DNA of 64,000 nt. Source: an uncultured delta proteobacterium (GTDB lineage: Bacteria; Myxococcota_A; Polyangia; Polyangiales; Polyangiaceae). The notes beneath the pieces were generated by a model. It did no database searches, was not told where the DNA came from, and saw only the letters and a program-made list of their open reading frames with translations. Below, in pieces: positions 63,530 to 64,000 of this stretch (its first letter is position 1; each line of letters begins with the position of its first letter). The stretch is from positions 5,504,001-5,568,000 of the forward strand of contig CAWAIF010000003.1 of NCBI GenBank assembly GCA_963782055.1, given 5' to 3'. Position numbers and translations under genes: made by a program.

Positions 63530-64000
63530 TCAGCGCGCCTTCGACTGCTGGATGATGCGCGCCGCCTCGGCGGCGTGCGTCGGGCAGGTGCGGGCGAGCT
63601 CGTCGACCTGGACCCACTCGCTCGGGCCCTTGGCGGGGCCTTCCTGGGTGGCGCGGGCCGGGAGCCGTCGCAGGACGGTGGCCGTGGAGACCACATAGTG
63701 ATGGCCCTTGGCGAAGTCCGCGCTGTCCGGCACGCGTGCGCGGATGGCCACCAGGATGCCGTCGTGAAACTCGAAGCTGGCCTGGTAGGGGTCCCGCGAG
63801 GCGGTGCCCTTCGGCTCCCAGGTCATCGCGTAGTCGGTGGGCGTGGCCTTGCTCGCGAAGGACCCCGGCGGCGTGAAGCGGGTGCGCACCTCTCCCGGCG
63901 TCATGCCGAGGCGCACGCCGTAGAAGTCGGGCACGGCCGACCCCTTGGTGCAGGCCGACCCGAGCGTCGCGAGGAGCGCCAGGCACAGCAGGAGCACCGC
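63530..64000 (-). CDS. Hypothetical lipoprotein (start probably beyond the window edge)
   Basis: LGSAC lipobox; FYGVRLGMTPGEVR motif. Confidence 0.55.
   Translation of the reverse strand, partial: AVLLLCLALLATLGSACTKGSAVPDFYGVRLGMTPGEVRTRFTPPGSFASKATPTDYAMTWEPKGTASRDPYQASFEFHDGILVAIRARVPDSADFAKGHHYVVSTATVLRRLPARATQEGPAKGPSEWVQVDELARTCPTHAAEAARIIQQSKAR

Overview
Very GC-rich bacterial chromosomal DNA. Gene content suggests a myxobacterium, probably Polyangiales-like (inference): Cys-rich lipoproteins with D-A-G linkers, Ser/Thr kinase-TPR/PEGA modules and an ACIII-caa3 operon. Recognisable genes include amtB, pyrC-pyrB, a class III adenylate cyclase, pxpA/pxpBC, fadN-fadA, a PhoB-like regulator and a ~15 kb alternative complex III + A2-type caa3 oxidase operon, interspersed with many exported proteins of unknown function. 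Most notable: (1) a complete IS110 element (about 20253-21764) whose upstream non-coding end reads as a bridge RNA, with four guide segments matching this copy's own donor junction and reconstructed target; it sits directly upstream of a host -10 box. (2) A decayed pyrB'/'RMD1 chimeric junction showing that two different gene cassettes are stacked in one slot between RMD1 and pyrB. (3) A lipoprotein made of ten tandem cystine-knot-like modules. (4) Two kinase/pseudokinase-TPR/PEGA modules. (5) Widespread leaderless-type promoters, including a symmetric bidirectional one. (6) Charged repeat extensions on ActD/ActF and a 15-residue insertion in the CuA loop. No rRNA, tRNA or CRISPR array was seen. 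All calls are by-eye motif recognition with no database searches; start codons are best estimates.
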